Under the pieces are notes generated by a model, which worked only from the letters and a program-made list of their open reading frames with translations, was not told where the DNA came from and ran no database searches. This document shows, piece after piece, positions 14,490 to 29,862 of a stretch of DNA of 64,000 nt; the first letter of the stretch is position 1, and every line of letters begins with the position of its first letter. Made by a program: the position numbers and the translations under genes. Source of the stretch: the human T2T-CHM13v2.0 reference genome, Homo sapiens. The DNA is taken from assembly GCF_009914755.1 (NCBI RefSeq), contig NC_060926.1; one strand, given 5' to 3'.

Positions 14490-14750
14490 GAAGTTTGGGT
14501 ATGTGTGTGTAGATATGGATATATATGGTCATACATATAGTCATATATATATCCATATCCACACACACACACGTGTGTGTGTGGATATGGATATATGTGT
14601 ATATGTGCATATATGTATATGGGTATATATATCCATATACACACACAGAAACTTTTAGATTTGCATATATTTCTGCATACATATGCAGAAATATAAACCT
14701 GCATTCATATATGTATATACATAAACATATGATATGTTTATTGCATATAA
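14490..14750. repeat. TA/CA-rich low-complexity region with nested inverted repeats
   Basis: Direct reading: ATATATCCATATCC(AC)6|(GT)5GGATATGGATATAT, plus a 14-bp stem at 14666-14695. Confidence 0.85.
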
Positions 14751-17700
14751 TCAGGTAAAATTTTAAGGATTTTAAGAGGAAACTATAAATAGGGCAAGTT
14801 TATTACTTATCCTTAGAGCACTGTGTTATTTCATATTGGTTTACAATTCTATAATGTAATCTTTTCTACAAAAGTAAGTACACACGATATGCCCTTGACC
14901 TTATGATGTAACCGAAATTATTTTATTAAAGCAAGGCTTACATAAAAAAGGCCAGGGTATGTTTGACAATGTTCTATATAGGTCTGATGAGTTGTAAGAA
15001 AGAGTATGTTCATTTAAAGGTGTACCTACTGGTAATTTAGCTTTGTGTTGATGTTTATAACAGCAATTAAGTTTTGGAACTAGCATATTTCTTTGGCATA
15101 CTCAGTAAACACTTATTAAATAAGTGTTGACTTATTGTTTTGAATTTTTTAGTTCCTAGAATATTTAAATACTTGAAAAAGGATCAGGAATAGTATATGA
15201 CCAATTTCTTAATTTTTAATGGCATGCTTGCATTATTTAGTTAGCACATTCAATTTAATTATTTTGATTATTAAAGTAGGTTTTCCTTCTTATGGTGTAT
15301 TATTAGTATCCTGGTTCTTTTTATTAGTATTAACTAACAGAAAATGTCCAGAGGCAATGAAAAACGCAAAACCCAGTGTAAATTAATAATGAACAGCAAG
15401 ATTTATAATGATTGTGAGTAAATACAAAGATCAGCAGCTGGTTTATACAGATGGTCAATAAAATGTTGGAATGTCCAAAACATAAACATAAGGGGTGATG
15501 GTAGGAGGCGGGTAGTGATTAGATATGTGATCACTGAGGTTAACTGTTAGTTTTGGTAGAACATGGAGCTTTTTTTTCTTCCACTAGAAATTTCCTTCAT
15601 GAAAAAAATTATCAAAATGCTCCAATTCAAATTACAATGCCTCTTACAGCATGTATACCTCAGTTTATTTTGATAGCCTGAAATGGCTGCTAGAGCATCT
15701 GAAAAATATCTGATTTAAAAATCAAGTAATCATTTAGGTCATAAGACATTTAGGTCCATTATTTGACAGCTAAATTGAATAATTGATATAATTTCATATT
15801 TCTGAATTTACTGGTAAAATATGTGGGCTTCCTCTCAGAATTACATCTAGTCATTTGGAAATGCAAATCTTACAAATATTTATTAGCCTTATTTTATTGT
15901 TTTTTTAGCATCACAGAGATCAGTGATATTTTAACCCTACCTCAAGCAATATATTCTGATTAATATATAAAATTAAACAATCAAATTGTACTTTTAGGAT
16001 TCCACTATATGTGCCTCACCATCCTAAACTACCTTTTATGGTTTTTGTATCCCCGCCATCCCAATTACCACACACACCAGAGTACACGCATAGATACAGT
16101 ACCTTAGCAAACCATATTCTATGAAAACTGACAAAGTGATTATCAGGAAAGAAAGCAAAGTATGCTGGTCATTTGAACTTTATCCCTATTTTGGCCCTCA
16201 GAAATGTCATGCAGTTAATTTTTTCTTCTTCTTGATATTGTGCCAGTAATAATAATCAGTAAGAAAGTCAACCCCATGCCCAGCATGAATAGGTGAGTAC
16301 TAAAATAAAATAATACCTATATAACAATCAATGCAATGTAACAGCGAAATGTCTTGAGACATGTAAAAATGTGTGTTATCATCACTTTACCTATAGCAAT
16401 TTTCAAAGTATGGGGTTTGCAACCCAGGAAATGTGGAAGATGCTTCACTGAAGTGGGAAAAATGAAACACTTTTATTTTATTTTTATATCCTTATATATT
16501 ATATATAATACGTAAAGATACACATCATCTTTATATTTATCTTTATATTTTACCTTTTAATTTTCTATTTTTGAGTTAAAGTGATACCTATGTTAATTCC
16601 CAGCAAACATGATTCATTACAAATTCATACTCAAACATTTTTAATTGATTAATGAACATGGGGCCTGTTGCGAGAGGACTGTTAATGTACTCCTCCATGA
16701 GATCTCCTGATCATCAACTTTCCAATCATGTTCTTTGCAGTTCCCTTACCAGCTGGCGAACCTGTTAGCTACTGCTCATGGTTTAGTTCAGGTTCCTACC
16801 TCAAGCCATCTCTCCCTTCACACAGTGCTCAGTCAAATTTCCCCTCTAAATTTCTGCCTGATGGAACGATTTCCTTTCACTCACTGACTTGCAGGACCAT
16901 GCATCAGTAGGGTTATAAAGAAGCAACTGCTAGCAGTTGCTAGCATATCGGTGAATTCTTATTTAATCTAAGCTTGCAATTTTTCTTCCTTTATTAACTG
17001 GTCATAAGGTACTCCCTGTGAAATTATAGTTGTGGTTGAGAGAGCCAACCTTAGCAACCCCACAGAGAAGAACTATGGAAATAAATGCCTTGACCTCATT
17101 CATCTTCTGTCTCCTAATACTCCATCATTGCCTTACCAACCAGGAGTCAAAGGGAAAGGGACCCTGGCTGGTATGGACATAGAGGTCAGCAACCCGAAGC
17201 AGAGAGCTGGAGATGGTGCAGTCAGGCCTGTGGAGCCAAATAAATAGCATTCAGCACAACCGCCCTCAACAAAGTTTCACAGTCCAGCATTAGATTTAAT
17301 TTTATAAATTAAAATACTTTAGAGTATTTGAGGTGATCCATTTTTCTCTTCACACTTAGTCCAGTATTATTTTATTGATAATTCGTAATTGCAAATTTTG
17401 TGAAAGATATATATATTTTTTACTTCCAAAAAGGACTTGTTAGAGCCTGCTAATACTTGCCTCATGCTTTCTGTGACTAAATTAATGTTTGGAGCTCTGT
17501 TAGATATTTTATGAAGGTTTATAATAAATAAAATGTTACATCCAGAAATTATTTTAAAAATATATGTCCACTTCCTAACTAGATGCATAGTCAATGAATG
17601 CAGTACTCTTTTCTTTATGACAAAAGTGAGTATATTTTTCAAACATGATGAATCCAGCATGCTGCTCAAAGCTTACTATTTTCTATCTGCGGAATAACTC

Positions 17701-18529
17701 ACAATGAATATTGGATTATGTAAACAGCTTCTGTAAAATGGCCCTTGTTTTACTTGAGATGTCCTCTTCCAAAGGGCTTCTCAAAACATCTGGCAGCCAG
17801 ATTGGTGCTTTTGTTTCCAAAGAATTCATGGTTATTTCAAAAAAAAATTTTTTTTGGCAAAATGGGAAGAATGGGGAAGATAAGGATATTTCCTGTATAA
17901 AGCTGAAACTAAGGCCATTACTGGAGCCATTGCAAGATAAGGGCCTTTTAAATATTTTTTATTGAGGAAGCTCATTCTTAATACAGAAGAAAATAATTTC
18001 ATATTTCAGCATAATTTTATTATCTTAGTGAACACTTTAAAAGTTGGGTCAATGGTTTCCAGGAAACATTTGTGACTGTAACATGTGCCAAACAACCTCT
18101 TATTGTATATAAGAAGCGTATGAGCTTAATGTGTATTAGTAGAATATATTATAAGGATGATTGTGAAAGGATTGGCAAACATTTTTATAGTAATATAGGA
18201 GTATGCTTTTTCCTAAAAAGGAAACAAGGACCTTGCTACTTATTTTTTCTCAGCTACTAAATATTTTCCTTTTCTGTAAATTGTAATGAATTTCCTGTGA
18301 GGAACTTATATCCTAGAACAAATCGTATTCCTTTATAGGTGCTCCTCTGCCTGCTTCTCATCTTATGTCCATTAAGAAACTGTCTCTTCATGGAACTCTG
18401 ATCCTTTCTTTTTCATTCCCCAACATCTACTGACTCCACTTTGTACCTGTCACTATAAAAGCCAGGTTATATTCATTTTCACTGAAGCCAGATTTTTCGT
18501 TAATACGTAGCTAAAATTACCCTAGTGGG

Positions 18530-19083
18530 TGTATTAGTCAGGGTTCTTTAGAAGGACAGCGTTAATAGGATAGATGCATATATAAAAAGGGAGTTTATTA
18601 AGGAATATTGATTCACGTGATCAGAAGGTGAAGTCCCACAATAGGCTGTCTGTAAGCTGAGGGGCAAGGAAGCCAGTCCGAGTCCCAACACCTCAAAAGT
18701 AGGGAAGCCAACAGTGCAGCCTTCAGTCTGTGGCCAAAGGCCTGAGAGCCTCTTGCAAACCAGTGATGTAAGTCCAAGAGCCCAAAAGCTGAAGAGCTTG
18801 GAGTACCATGTTCGAGGGCAGAAAGCATCCAGTACAGGAGAAAGATGAAGGCTAGAAGACTCAGCCAGTATAGTCCTTCCACATTTCTCTGCCTGCTTTT
18901 ACCTAACCACGCTGGCAGCTGATTAAATTGTGCCCACCCAGATTGAGGGTGGGTCTGCCTTTCCCAGTCCACGGATTCAAAGGTTAATCTCCTTTGGCCA
19001 CACCCTCACAGACACACCCAGGAACAATAATTTGCATCCTTCATCCAAACAAATCAAGTTGACACTCAATATTAACCATCATA
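18530..19083 (-). mobile_element. Solo MLT2 (MLT2A2/MLT2B-type) ERV-L LTR
   Basis: Homologous to the LTR at 3711-4162. 5-bp TSD GTGGG / GTAGG. Confidence 0.88.
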
Positions 19084-19466
19084 GTAGGTAATGTACTGAT
19101 TTAGAAAATATAGATAATGCAAATGAAAGATGTAAAAGGCCCTTTAATTAAATGAACCACTGCTAATCTTCATTGCTGATATATGCATATACTTCATTTA
19201 ACTTTTGTTTTTCCAAAAATAGGCTTATTTTATAACATTGTTTTATAATCCTTTTTTTTTACTTAGTATAACATGAACATCTCCCACATCATTAAATATT
19301 CTTCTATGCATCATTTTAATCACTGCATAGTTTTCTTATATGAATGCAACACAATTTATGCAGTACTGTATATAAGATATTTGTGGGGGTGATGATATGT
19401 ACACTTATAATGGGATCCATGCACAAACACACATGCATATACAAGCTACTTTAATCATGTATGCAG

Positions 19467-19853
<387 letters not shown>

Positions 19854-20396
19854 TTACAAGCTATGATTCACTTGCTTGTATAGAATAGTATGGGAAGGTG
19901 TGATGTGGGCATCCACTGTAGTGCCTATTGGCTTTGGCATATAACCTTCCATCTAAACTAAACGGTGAAATTATTTAAATATCTTATTTAGGAAGAGATT
20001 GTGAGCAAGAAAGGCAGAATAAGTGATCCATGATTGTACAGCAAATAGCTGACAATATTTAATAAGCCCCAGTTTGTGTTGAGGTATTGTTGAGACTCCT
20101 TTGTAGTAGTTATACAAAATATTATTTTTATTAAAAGTTACTATTGGGGCATTGAAATAAATTAATCATGGGCTTTTTAAATTTAAATGGTGATTTGCTA
20201 AATCTCTACTTATGATCTAATTTGTGATCTAATTAAACCCATTAAGTCCATAGTGTCCACACATTTTCATTGTGAGTTGCTATGATTAAAGATTTTTGAG
20301 CTTGTATTAACACATATCAATTTATTTATAATGTCTATACATATAGTAATCTCAACTCAATTCATCTAACTTTTTTTCAGTAACATAACAGACCAT

Positions 20397-20423
20397 TATA
20401 TATATATATATATATATATATAT
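20397..20423. repeat. (TA)n microsatellite
   Basis: Direct reading. Confidence 0.9.
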
Positions 20424-20649
20424 CTGAGATGGGGAAAACCCACGTTAAAAACCTCTATTCTAATTACTTTTTTATCAGTCTTTTGATAATAGAACTAGAT
20501 TGTCTACAAATTGCCTTCTACTTTAAAAAAATTATTCACTGATTGAATGCACAGTGGCAAGTACTGGGATGAGCCAAAATTGATGCACAATGCTTCGGGG
20601 AGGTTCATAGACTAACGGAGGAATGAAATAATTATATTAATAAAAATAA

Positions 20650-21035
20650 CACTGACAAGTATAACAAATAGACCCAAAATTCTAATGGTTTAGCAAAATA
20701 AAGTTGTTGTTTTGTTTTGTTTTTCATGTAAATTTTGCAATGGATATTTCTCATGAGCAAATGGCTCTCTTCCAAGCAGTGATTCAGACATCTAGGTTAC
20801 TGTTGGTAGTGTCAACTGCTGTTTTCCACACATGGCTTCCAAAGTTGCTACAGCAGGGGAAAGTACATGGAGAACCACACACGGGAAGTTTTTATGAGCC
20901 TGGCTTGAATTGGCACATATCATTTCTATTCTCGGTTAAGGACCACACCTAACTGCAGGGCAGGCTGGAAAATGTTGCATAGCTATGTGTCCAAGAGGAA
21001 CAACAACTACATTAGTTCAATAGTTAGAATCTGTG
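20650..21035. mobile_element. Probable ancient LTR fragment
   Basis: ataacaaatagacccaaaatt..aatggttta and ccacacctaactgcagggcaggctggaaaatg resemble old ERVL/MaLR LTRs. Family not resolved. Confidence 0.45.
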
Positions 21036-21547
21036 TGATAACATGCAAAAAATGGAATTGCAACATTATGAAAAGTATAATGGAATGATGTAAAAGAGCT
21101 ATAAAATTATGAAAGAGAGTTATCTTACCTGAAAGTTGAAATTGGTCTTCAGAGATGAACAAGGATTATTTGAGTGATCAGAGGTTGAAGGAACTTTCTG
21201 GCAAAAGAAATATACAGAAAGTCAAAGAGATGAGAAAAGGAATAATTCTAATACAGCTTGGTTAATTTTCAATTCACCCATTAAATTTCCACTACTTTTT
21301 CAGAAGGTATTTTCAGGCAAATTTACAAAGATGTATACATAAGGAAGAATATTAATTGCATTGCTGTTTATAATAGATGTGATTGAAACCAACATAAATA
21401 TTCAAAGAAAAAGCATTGGTTAAATAAATGATGGTATATCCAAACTTTGGAATATTTTGCACCCATTAGAAAATAAGTATGGATTCACATATTTATTTGG
21501 AAAGGTTTCCACAAATGTTTTTTAAATGATAAAAATTAGCATGTACA

Positions 21548-21934
<387 letters not shown>

Positions 21935-22516
21935 TTATTGCTGACTGTTCATTCAAGCAGTAGTTTACTTGATATTTCACTGTTTTTCTATAGTGGCTTC
22001 CTCCTTTGCTTTCTTCCTTCCTGCCTGCCTGCCTTCCTGCCTACCTTCATCCTTGTAAATGAGCATGCATTATTTTTATCATAAAAATAATATATTTTGA
22101 GTAAAAAAAAATGTTGGTGATCAGTGTTCTCTTGTTTCTGTGGATAATCTCTCTTAGCTAGCTGATGTAAAATGCTACCTTATTGATTATCTAATAGATG
22201 ACACCTTTCTGAGAAGTAGTAGCTAATATATGCTAGACTTGATGCAGCCGGGGCTTGCTATTTACAACTTTCTACATAAGAAATGAAAAACAAATCTTAC
22301 TGTCAGATGTGTCAGATTTATAAAAGTTGTATATAGTTTATTTTCAAAGGGATGCTAAATGAATTGCTACTTGTCATACATTAAATAGAATAAATTTAGT
22401 TGTTTAATTTATAGGTTAACTATCATATTGATATGTGAAGTCTATTTTTGTTTCTAAGAGAAATGGGCCAAAGCAAGTATATACTGAATCCCCTTATTTT
22501 ATTAAGAATTAACCCT

Positions 22517-22685
22517 GAGCCACGTGTGATGGTGGGTTCTTGTAGTGTCAGCTACTCAAGGAGGCTAAGGAGGGAGGATCCCTTGAGCCCAGAAGTTCAA
22601 GGTTGTAGTGAGCTGTGACCGTGAAACTACACTTCAGTCTAGGTGACATAGAGAAAACCCCATCTCTTTTAAAACAATGAAAAAA
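22517..22685 (+). mobile_element. Old Alu monomer (FRAM/AluJ right arm)
   Basis: agctactc..gggaggatcccttgagcccagaagttcaaggttgtagtgagc. Confidence 0.8.
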
Positions 22686-24141
22686 GCAATTACTCAAATA
22701 ATTATCCTTGATAAACTAGAGCCTTTGGACTGGCAAAAGAGCATGATCTGGGTAATGGTGAGTGGAGGGTAAAGTGGTTTTTGTGGTGGGGGGTGGTGGA
22801 AAAACCAGTATGGTTTTCTTATCTTCTGAGTCATCTATAAACAGATAATTGATTGACAAGACCAAAAGCATTGTTTTAGGGAAACTGATTTATTGGTAGC
22901 AGAGTATGAATATTCAAATATGAGAGGGACTAAAAGTCAGTGTTTCTAATTTATTACAATTGTAAAATTGAAAGTAATGAAAGTGAAAGATCTACAATGC
23001 CAATGAAAAGAAAGATTTTAAAGGAAAATATACAGAAAGTAACAACTGAGTAGATCTAAGACTAGAAATACAATTTGAAAGATTTTTTTGACAAGCAAGG
23101 CATATGGGATATTATTCAGATTTTGATTCAATGTTATGCTTGTACCATTATTCATCACATATTACTATGTTCTCTAACAGAATAAAATTATTACTTTAAA
23201 ATCAATCAACTTGAAATGTTTTTTGTTGTTTGTTTTTGCTTCAAGCTTTTTCCTAGATATAGACTAGTTCATTTCTCTTTTTTCAAAGAGACACTGCCCA
23301 CTAATAAAGGGGTAATTCTGCAAATAAGAAAATGTTCACAATGTAATATACATAAGCAAATAATGCAATTGATAAATAGTGTTCTTTTTGGTAGATTTAT
23401 CAGTTGTTTTGTTTATAATATGATCATCTTCTTTAACACTGGGAATTCTAAGATTAAAATAAATGTAAATTAAATTTTTTAAGTAGGTTCTGTGTTAGAG
23501 AAAATGAAAGGTATAAAATGATTCTGGTTTTATCATATTTCTAAAAGCTTTATAATGTCATTTTGAGTCAAACTAATTATTTTTTTAAATAATTTCACTA
23601 TATAATTAGGAAGAAAATAGCTCATAGCATAATAAATTAATCTCTTTTTGAAGTCTACGCCAGCTTTGGTATTTGAACATTTCATCCATATTCAAATCAA
23701 CAATAAAAAAACCACAATGTAGATTTGCTTGCCTTCTGCATTACATTTGCCTATTAGAGTAGATAAATAGCACACATATTTAGATGACAAGTGTTTTTTT
23801 TTTTCCTCTGACTATGGGGAAGCATGATATTTTGTGAGTACATGAGTCTCTTTGTGTGTGTGCTATGTAAAGGAAATCAACAGGTGAGAAAAATGTATAG
23901 AAACTGATATTTAAAGGTGCTTAAGACCAGTGATAAGTCACAACACCCAACTGCTTATTCTTTCCCATTTGTTATTTATGCTATTTGAAGAATTAGAAAA
24001 GTGTTTTCTTCTGGTAAGATGCCTTCCTCCAGGTAAAAGCCAGAAAAAGTAAAAGGCTCGTTCCCCACTATAACTACTTAGCATTCTTTTTGCTTGAGCA
24101 AAGTGAAAAACACCAATAGGCCTGCTTATACACAGGCAAAA

Positions 24142-24165
24142 CACACACACACACACACACACACA
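24142..24165. repeat. (CA)n microsatellite
   Basis: Direct reading. Confidence 0.9.
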
Positions 24166-24648
24166 TTTTAAAAATGTCAAATATATATTCATTAGAAGCT
24201 GTAACAGAAGAATGTATTTAACTCTGGGGAGAAGACGCTTAACCTGATATTCTTTAAGTTGTTACCTATTCTCCACTAAGAAACTGAGAATAATTAGGAG
24301 AATGACTACATGTTGTTGCAAGTAGTCCTAGGTATACGGACACTGTTTATGACCATTTTAATTTCATTGATTATGATACCAAAACATGGCACAATTACTC
24401 CTGCTACCACTGACAAAACTATAACTTACATAATGTGAAAATAAAACTGTCATGCCTTTGAATATATTGCAAATATCAAATACTTCTGTGTGCTTTAAAT
24501 TGACCTTCATAGCTTAAGGTGTTAGAGTTGAGCCCATGTCTTTTCCACAGAGCGAAATTTTAATCCTATCTGCTTCCTAGTCTTGGAAGCATTGTGTTGA
24601 TTATGGTGACTTTCTCTGCAGCATGTCTTTTTATCAGTTTACAGACGG

Positions 24649-25217
24649 TGAAAGGGATCAGAACATGCATCCCCAAATATGCCACTTTGTCATATGGGTT
24701 ATTTTAAGCTGCAGGCTCTTTCTTAAGAAAGAGCACATGCAGGAAGCTGTTTCTGATCTCCCTGTTTCTGCCTAAAAGAAGGTCACAAAGTTTCCCATGA
24801 TACAAATCCCCCCACCCCTTCCCACTGTATTAGAAAGCAAAAATTGTTCTCGTCACCAGAAGTTAGGAGTCAACACTGGAATGGACCTATGCAAACAAGC
24901 TTACTAAAATAACCCTAATCTCCTCATAGTTTTCCCCATACATTTCCTAGTTACAAACCCACAATTTACTGCCCCTAGCTCCCTACCTAAATCTCCTTTG
25001 TATTATCACTTACTGACAATTTATTATTCTTTGTTTAAAGTGATATATAAGCTTTTGGGCCTAAAAGGTTCTTTGACCTTCATTTTCCTTCTGAAGACTC
25101 CTGTGTACACATAAAAATACATTTGTATGCTCTTCTCCTATTAATCTGTATTATGCCAGTTTAATTCTTATATCACCACAGAATGTAAGAGGATAAAGAA
25201 GGTTTTGTTCCCCTACA
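24649..25217 (+). mobile_element. MER34-family ERV1 solo LTR
   Basis: Starts TGAAAGGGATCAGAACATG..CCCCAAATATGCCACTTTG and ends CCCCTACA. Homologous to 33361-33930. Confidence 0.75.
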
Positions 25218-26293
25218 AAGATATTGTAAACAACTGTAAACAGGGAATTTCTTTCTTAATTTCCAAAAATTATTTTTAAAAATGTACCCCAAATTATTTA
25301 ACCATTCAAAAGAATCACAAATTTTCAAAATGTTAAGAATCAGAATATTTTTTATACCAGGGAAAAAGTATCTCTTTTTTATGGAATTAAAGTTACAGTC
25401 CAAGATATGTTAAAAAAAAAAAAAAACCTAAACTGAATATTTATGGTTAATAGGAGCGCCCATGTCACCTGTTTATGTTCTTATTTCAGAATTAGAAAGA
25501 CTCACAAAGAAGCCACATATAAATTCATTTAATACTTTATGTAGACTAAAAAATTTTTTTAATCTTACAAATGAAAGATACCTTAATGTCATTGTCTCAC
25601 CGACATCACAAATTCATCCAAAGCCAAATCCAATAACGTCATCTGAGTTTAGGGATATTACATATACTAACACCTAAAGAAAATTATTTTTATTGGAATT
25701 TTATTTCTTAAATTTAGAAAAATACACCTTCTCATAAAATTTCTGCCATTGTTTCTATTTTTGCTTTTTAAAGTGAATGATAATCTTTGTAAACTTTATT
25801 TTGATGACAACTTTTTAAATAGTTTGAAATTGAATACATATTTTTTTCTATATTCAATGTTTCCAGTTCTAACTATTTTTATATATGTGAGAGGATTTCA
25901 AGGCCAATCACTTTTTTTTACCCATATCTAAAGGTCCTTAGAGATGCCTATTCTCTTATATGGTTTGACTCATGCCATTACAAAGTCATCAACTGGATGG
26001 TCAACTGTGTATTCATGCTAATAATACCAGTTTTGCTGTTTTGTGGCTATGATGGTTGGCTCAGAGCAAAATTTGCTGGATGTGTTCTATCCTAGTTTTT
26101 ACCATATTCATACATTATTTTAGAATTTATGTTTTTAATGAAATGTTCTAACTTAAAAATTATTTTCATATGCATTATAGTCCTTATTTTTTTTCAGTAT
26201 TTCAAGGTATGCTGTGCCTAAATATGTGCCTTTTAATTTATATGGAAATTAAACTCAGTAAGATTAATGTGTTAGGAACTATAATATAGCAGA

Positions 26294-26329
26294 ACATTGG
26301 AAGAGTCGAGACATTGGAAGAGTCGAGAC
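26294..26329. repeat. Exact 17-bp tandem duplication ACATTGGAAGAGTCGAG
   Basis: Direct reading. Confidence 0.92.
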
Positions 26330-26457
26330 CAGAACCACATTCCTTTCACTTTAACCTAATTTAATATCACTCTGAAGAGTAACTTCAGGATGCATTTGGG
26401 CCAACTGGCACTTTGTCTTATTACTATATATTAGCATGCATACAGGTATGTGTAGGC

Positions 26458-26458
<1 letters not shown>

Positions 26459-26494
<36 letters not shown>
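26459..26494. repeat. (CA)n microsatellite
   Basis: Direct reading. Confidence 0.92.
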
Positions 26495-26496
<2 letters not shown>

Positions 26497-27177
26497 CTTG
26501 AAACGTATACTTTAGATCTAGAAGGGACTTTAGTGTAGTGATAACTTGGGAGAAGTGGCGAGAAAATTAGCCTATATATCAAATCCTGCGTTCTCTTCAC
26601 GAATATTCAAGCCCAGAATATTATTGTGAAGTTTCAATTATAGAGCACATAGTATCCAAATTTCAACTTGACATTTGAAGTTATGTGTCACCACTATGAA
26701 GCTTCTTTTGACACAATTCAAAATGTTTAGTTTTGTTTGCCTTTATAAAGATGTAATGGCAGTAGATATGTGAAATATCAAAACATTTAATTGGATGTGA
26801 AAATAAATTAATCTTAGTATTCTTTAAAGTTCTTTTATTTTGCATTATTTTGTCTGCCTAGTGTTCAACTTCAGTTTTCTCTAATAGTGTATGAAATATA
26901 TGACAGAAGTTTTAAGATTGGGTATTTTGTACATTTAGAATTATTGTCTTAATGTTTAGTCATCATATAATTTATCTAAACTTGGAAGATAATACGCAGA
27001 ATTGATGTTTTTCTTTAGCAGAGTGTGTGGTTTATAATCAGTAAAATCTTGATCATTATATTATAAAACCTGTATGTAAATAATATGCTTCAGAATCTAA
27101 TCAGACACACAAGTTTATTTATTCAGTTCATTATCTGTGTGTTTGTATGTATGTCTGTATCTCTGTATGTCTTACAG

Positions 27178-27346
27178 CTGTTATTTCAAGAAACCAAGAA
27201 GGGCCAGGAGAAATGGGAAAAGCTGTGTTGATTCCTAAAGATGACCAGGAGAAAATGAAAGAGCTGTTTAAAATCAATCAGTTTAACCTTATGGCCAGTG
27301 ATTTGATTGCCCTTAATAGAAGTCTGCCAGATGTAAGATTAGAAGG
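27178..27346 (+). CDS. GALNT13: Internal coding exon (169 bp) of polypeptide N-acetylgalactosaminyltransferase 13, stem region just before the GT-A catalytic domain
   Basis: Acceptor cttacag|CTG and donor GAAGG|gtaagt. Translation (A)[56 protein letters not shown] carries the GALNT GPGEMG and FN..AS..I.L.RSLPD.R motifs, with GALNT13- rather than GALNT1-type residues. Starts in phase 1, ends in phase 2. Confidence 0.95.
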
Positions 27347-27672
27347 GTAAGTTTGCATTTGTTATATAATCTTTTATATTCATAATCACCATATTTCAGA
27401 ATCTCAGAACTTGAGCTAACTCAGATTATATCAATTCTAGCAATGTGTGGTTCTGAGTACCTATCACATAGCAGGAATTTATTGTGCATGCATATGCTGA
27501 AAAAGGCGAACTATTTTCTTCCCTGGCAAAGAAAAATACGTTACTTGCAAAGATGCTGCAAAATACTCAGGCCAAACAGGTTTTTCTATGTGAGATGTTT
27601 TTTGTTGTTGTCATTTTGTTGTGCTTTCTTTATCGTACCAGATTCAGAGCAAATATGCTCTTTAGTAGATTA

Positions 27673-28480
27673 CAGTCGTATATTGCTTAACACTGCAGAA
27701 ATGTTCTGGAAAATATGTCATTAGGCAATTTTGTCATTGTGTAAGCATCATAGGTGTACTTACACAAACCTATATGGTATAGACTACTACATTTCTAGGT
27801 TATATAATGTAGCCTATTGTTTCTAGGCTGTAACTCTGTACAGCATTTTACTGTACTGAACACTAGAGATAAATGTAACATTATGTTAAGTATTTTTGTA
27901 TCTAAACATAGAAAAGGTATAGTAAAAACACGGTGTAACAGATAAAAATTTGTATACTTGTATAGGTCATGTAACATGAATGGAGCTTGCAGGACTGAAA
28001 GTTGCTCTGGGTGAGTCAGTGAGTGTGTAGTGAATGTGAAGGCTTAGGGCATTACTGTACGCTACTTGTAGACTTTATAAACACTATACACTTAGGTTAT
28101 ACTAAATTTCTTTTTAAAATTTCTTTCTTCAGTAATGAATTAACCTTACATTACTGTGATATTTTTACTTCATAAAGTCTTGAATTTTTTTCACTTTTAA
28201 ACTGTTTAGTATTAATACTTACCTTAAAACACAAGCATACTATACAGCTGTAAAAAATATTTTCTTTCTTTATATCCTTATTCTATTAGTTTTTTTCCAT
28301 TTTTAATGTGATTTTCAATTTTTTCTTTTAAAAACGAAGACACAAACATACACATTAGCCTAGGTCTATTCGGGGTCAGGATCATCAAACATCACTAGGC
28401 AATAGGAATCTTTCTGATTCATTATAATCTTATGAGACTCTCATCATATATGTGATCTGTCATTGGGTAATGCATGGCTG
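27673..28480 (+). mobile_element. Tigger3-type (TcMar) non-autonomous DNA transposon
   Basis: CAGTC..GCTTAAC start, ..GCATGGCTG end, TA target duplication on both sides, internal tacttacacaaaccta.atggtatag. Confidence 0.82.
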
Positions 28481-29108
28481 TATTTGCCTTACTGCATAAA
28501 AAGGTCCATATACTTTGCTTATAAAAAGTATACCTGCATTGCTTTTCCAGCACAAAAATAGCTCATTGTCTATATGACTCTTTCACCCTATAAAAGTGGT
28601 TTATTATGGTTTCCAGCAATTTATACTGCTGTTTATAATTAGAATGCTTAATTATCAGCTATGGAAGAAATATGCACTTGGAAATAATATTGCACGAAAA
28701 ATGATGTTGAAAAATTCAACTTTTATGTGATTAACTGTAAGCTATGCTCTAGATAGTTGAACATATTTTAAACAGATGTAATAAAATGAAAGTATTTAGT
28801 GGCAGAATTGTAATTCTAATATATGGTCCTCGTAAAACAAACTCTTGGCATTAATAAAAGATGTGTCTTGAGATTTTAGAAAATCTCCAGGTTTACAAAT
28901 ATACTGCAGGACACACTTCCATGTAAATAGAAATTGTTCTTTTAAGCACTTAGTGATTTTTCTCTACATGCAATAGAACATAATTAATGCAAATAAAATT
29001 TGCCACCTCTAGTGGGCTACATTACACTACTGTGTCATGATATTAGCATCATATTTACTAACTCTTATTTTTTTCTTTCTGAATTACTTCATATAATATG
29101 AAAACCTT

Positions 29109-29474
<366 letters not shown>

Positions 29475-29664
29475 TTATTTGGTATCTTAGCAACTGCTTT
29501 GTGACAACCATTGTATACTTTTGAAATGTCTCTCTCAACAAAATCACAAGTAATTACATATTGTGGACATTTTTGGCCCCTGGGGAATAGTTCAACATTT
29601 AATATTAAATTTGTGCATTGCAAATTATTATGTAAAAATAATTTTACATGTAGTCCTGTGCATA

Positions 29665-29697
<33 letters not shown>

Positions 29698-29862
29698 TTG
29701 TTTGTATATAGATACATTTAAAAGTACATACAATAAGCATATACAAAAAATATATACAATAAACAGTCTTCGAAGCAATTTTGAGCATTTTAGATGCTAA
29801 GTTTATAATGTTTAAACATTGCATTTATTACTTTGTTTTATATGCTGTAGTATGCTGTAGTG

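Noticed and set aside
14423-14758. Y/I/H-rich ORFs
   Set aside because: Translation of TA/CA low-complexity DNA.
27147-27177. In-frame ATG extending the GALNT13 exon ORF ([10 protein letters not shown])
   Set aside because: It lies in the intronic UG-rich acceptor tract. The strong cag| acceptor at 27177 explains the real boundary.
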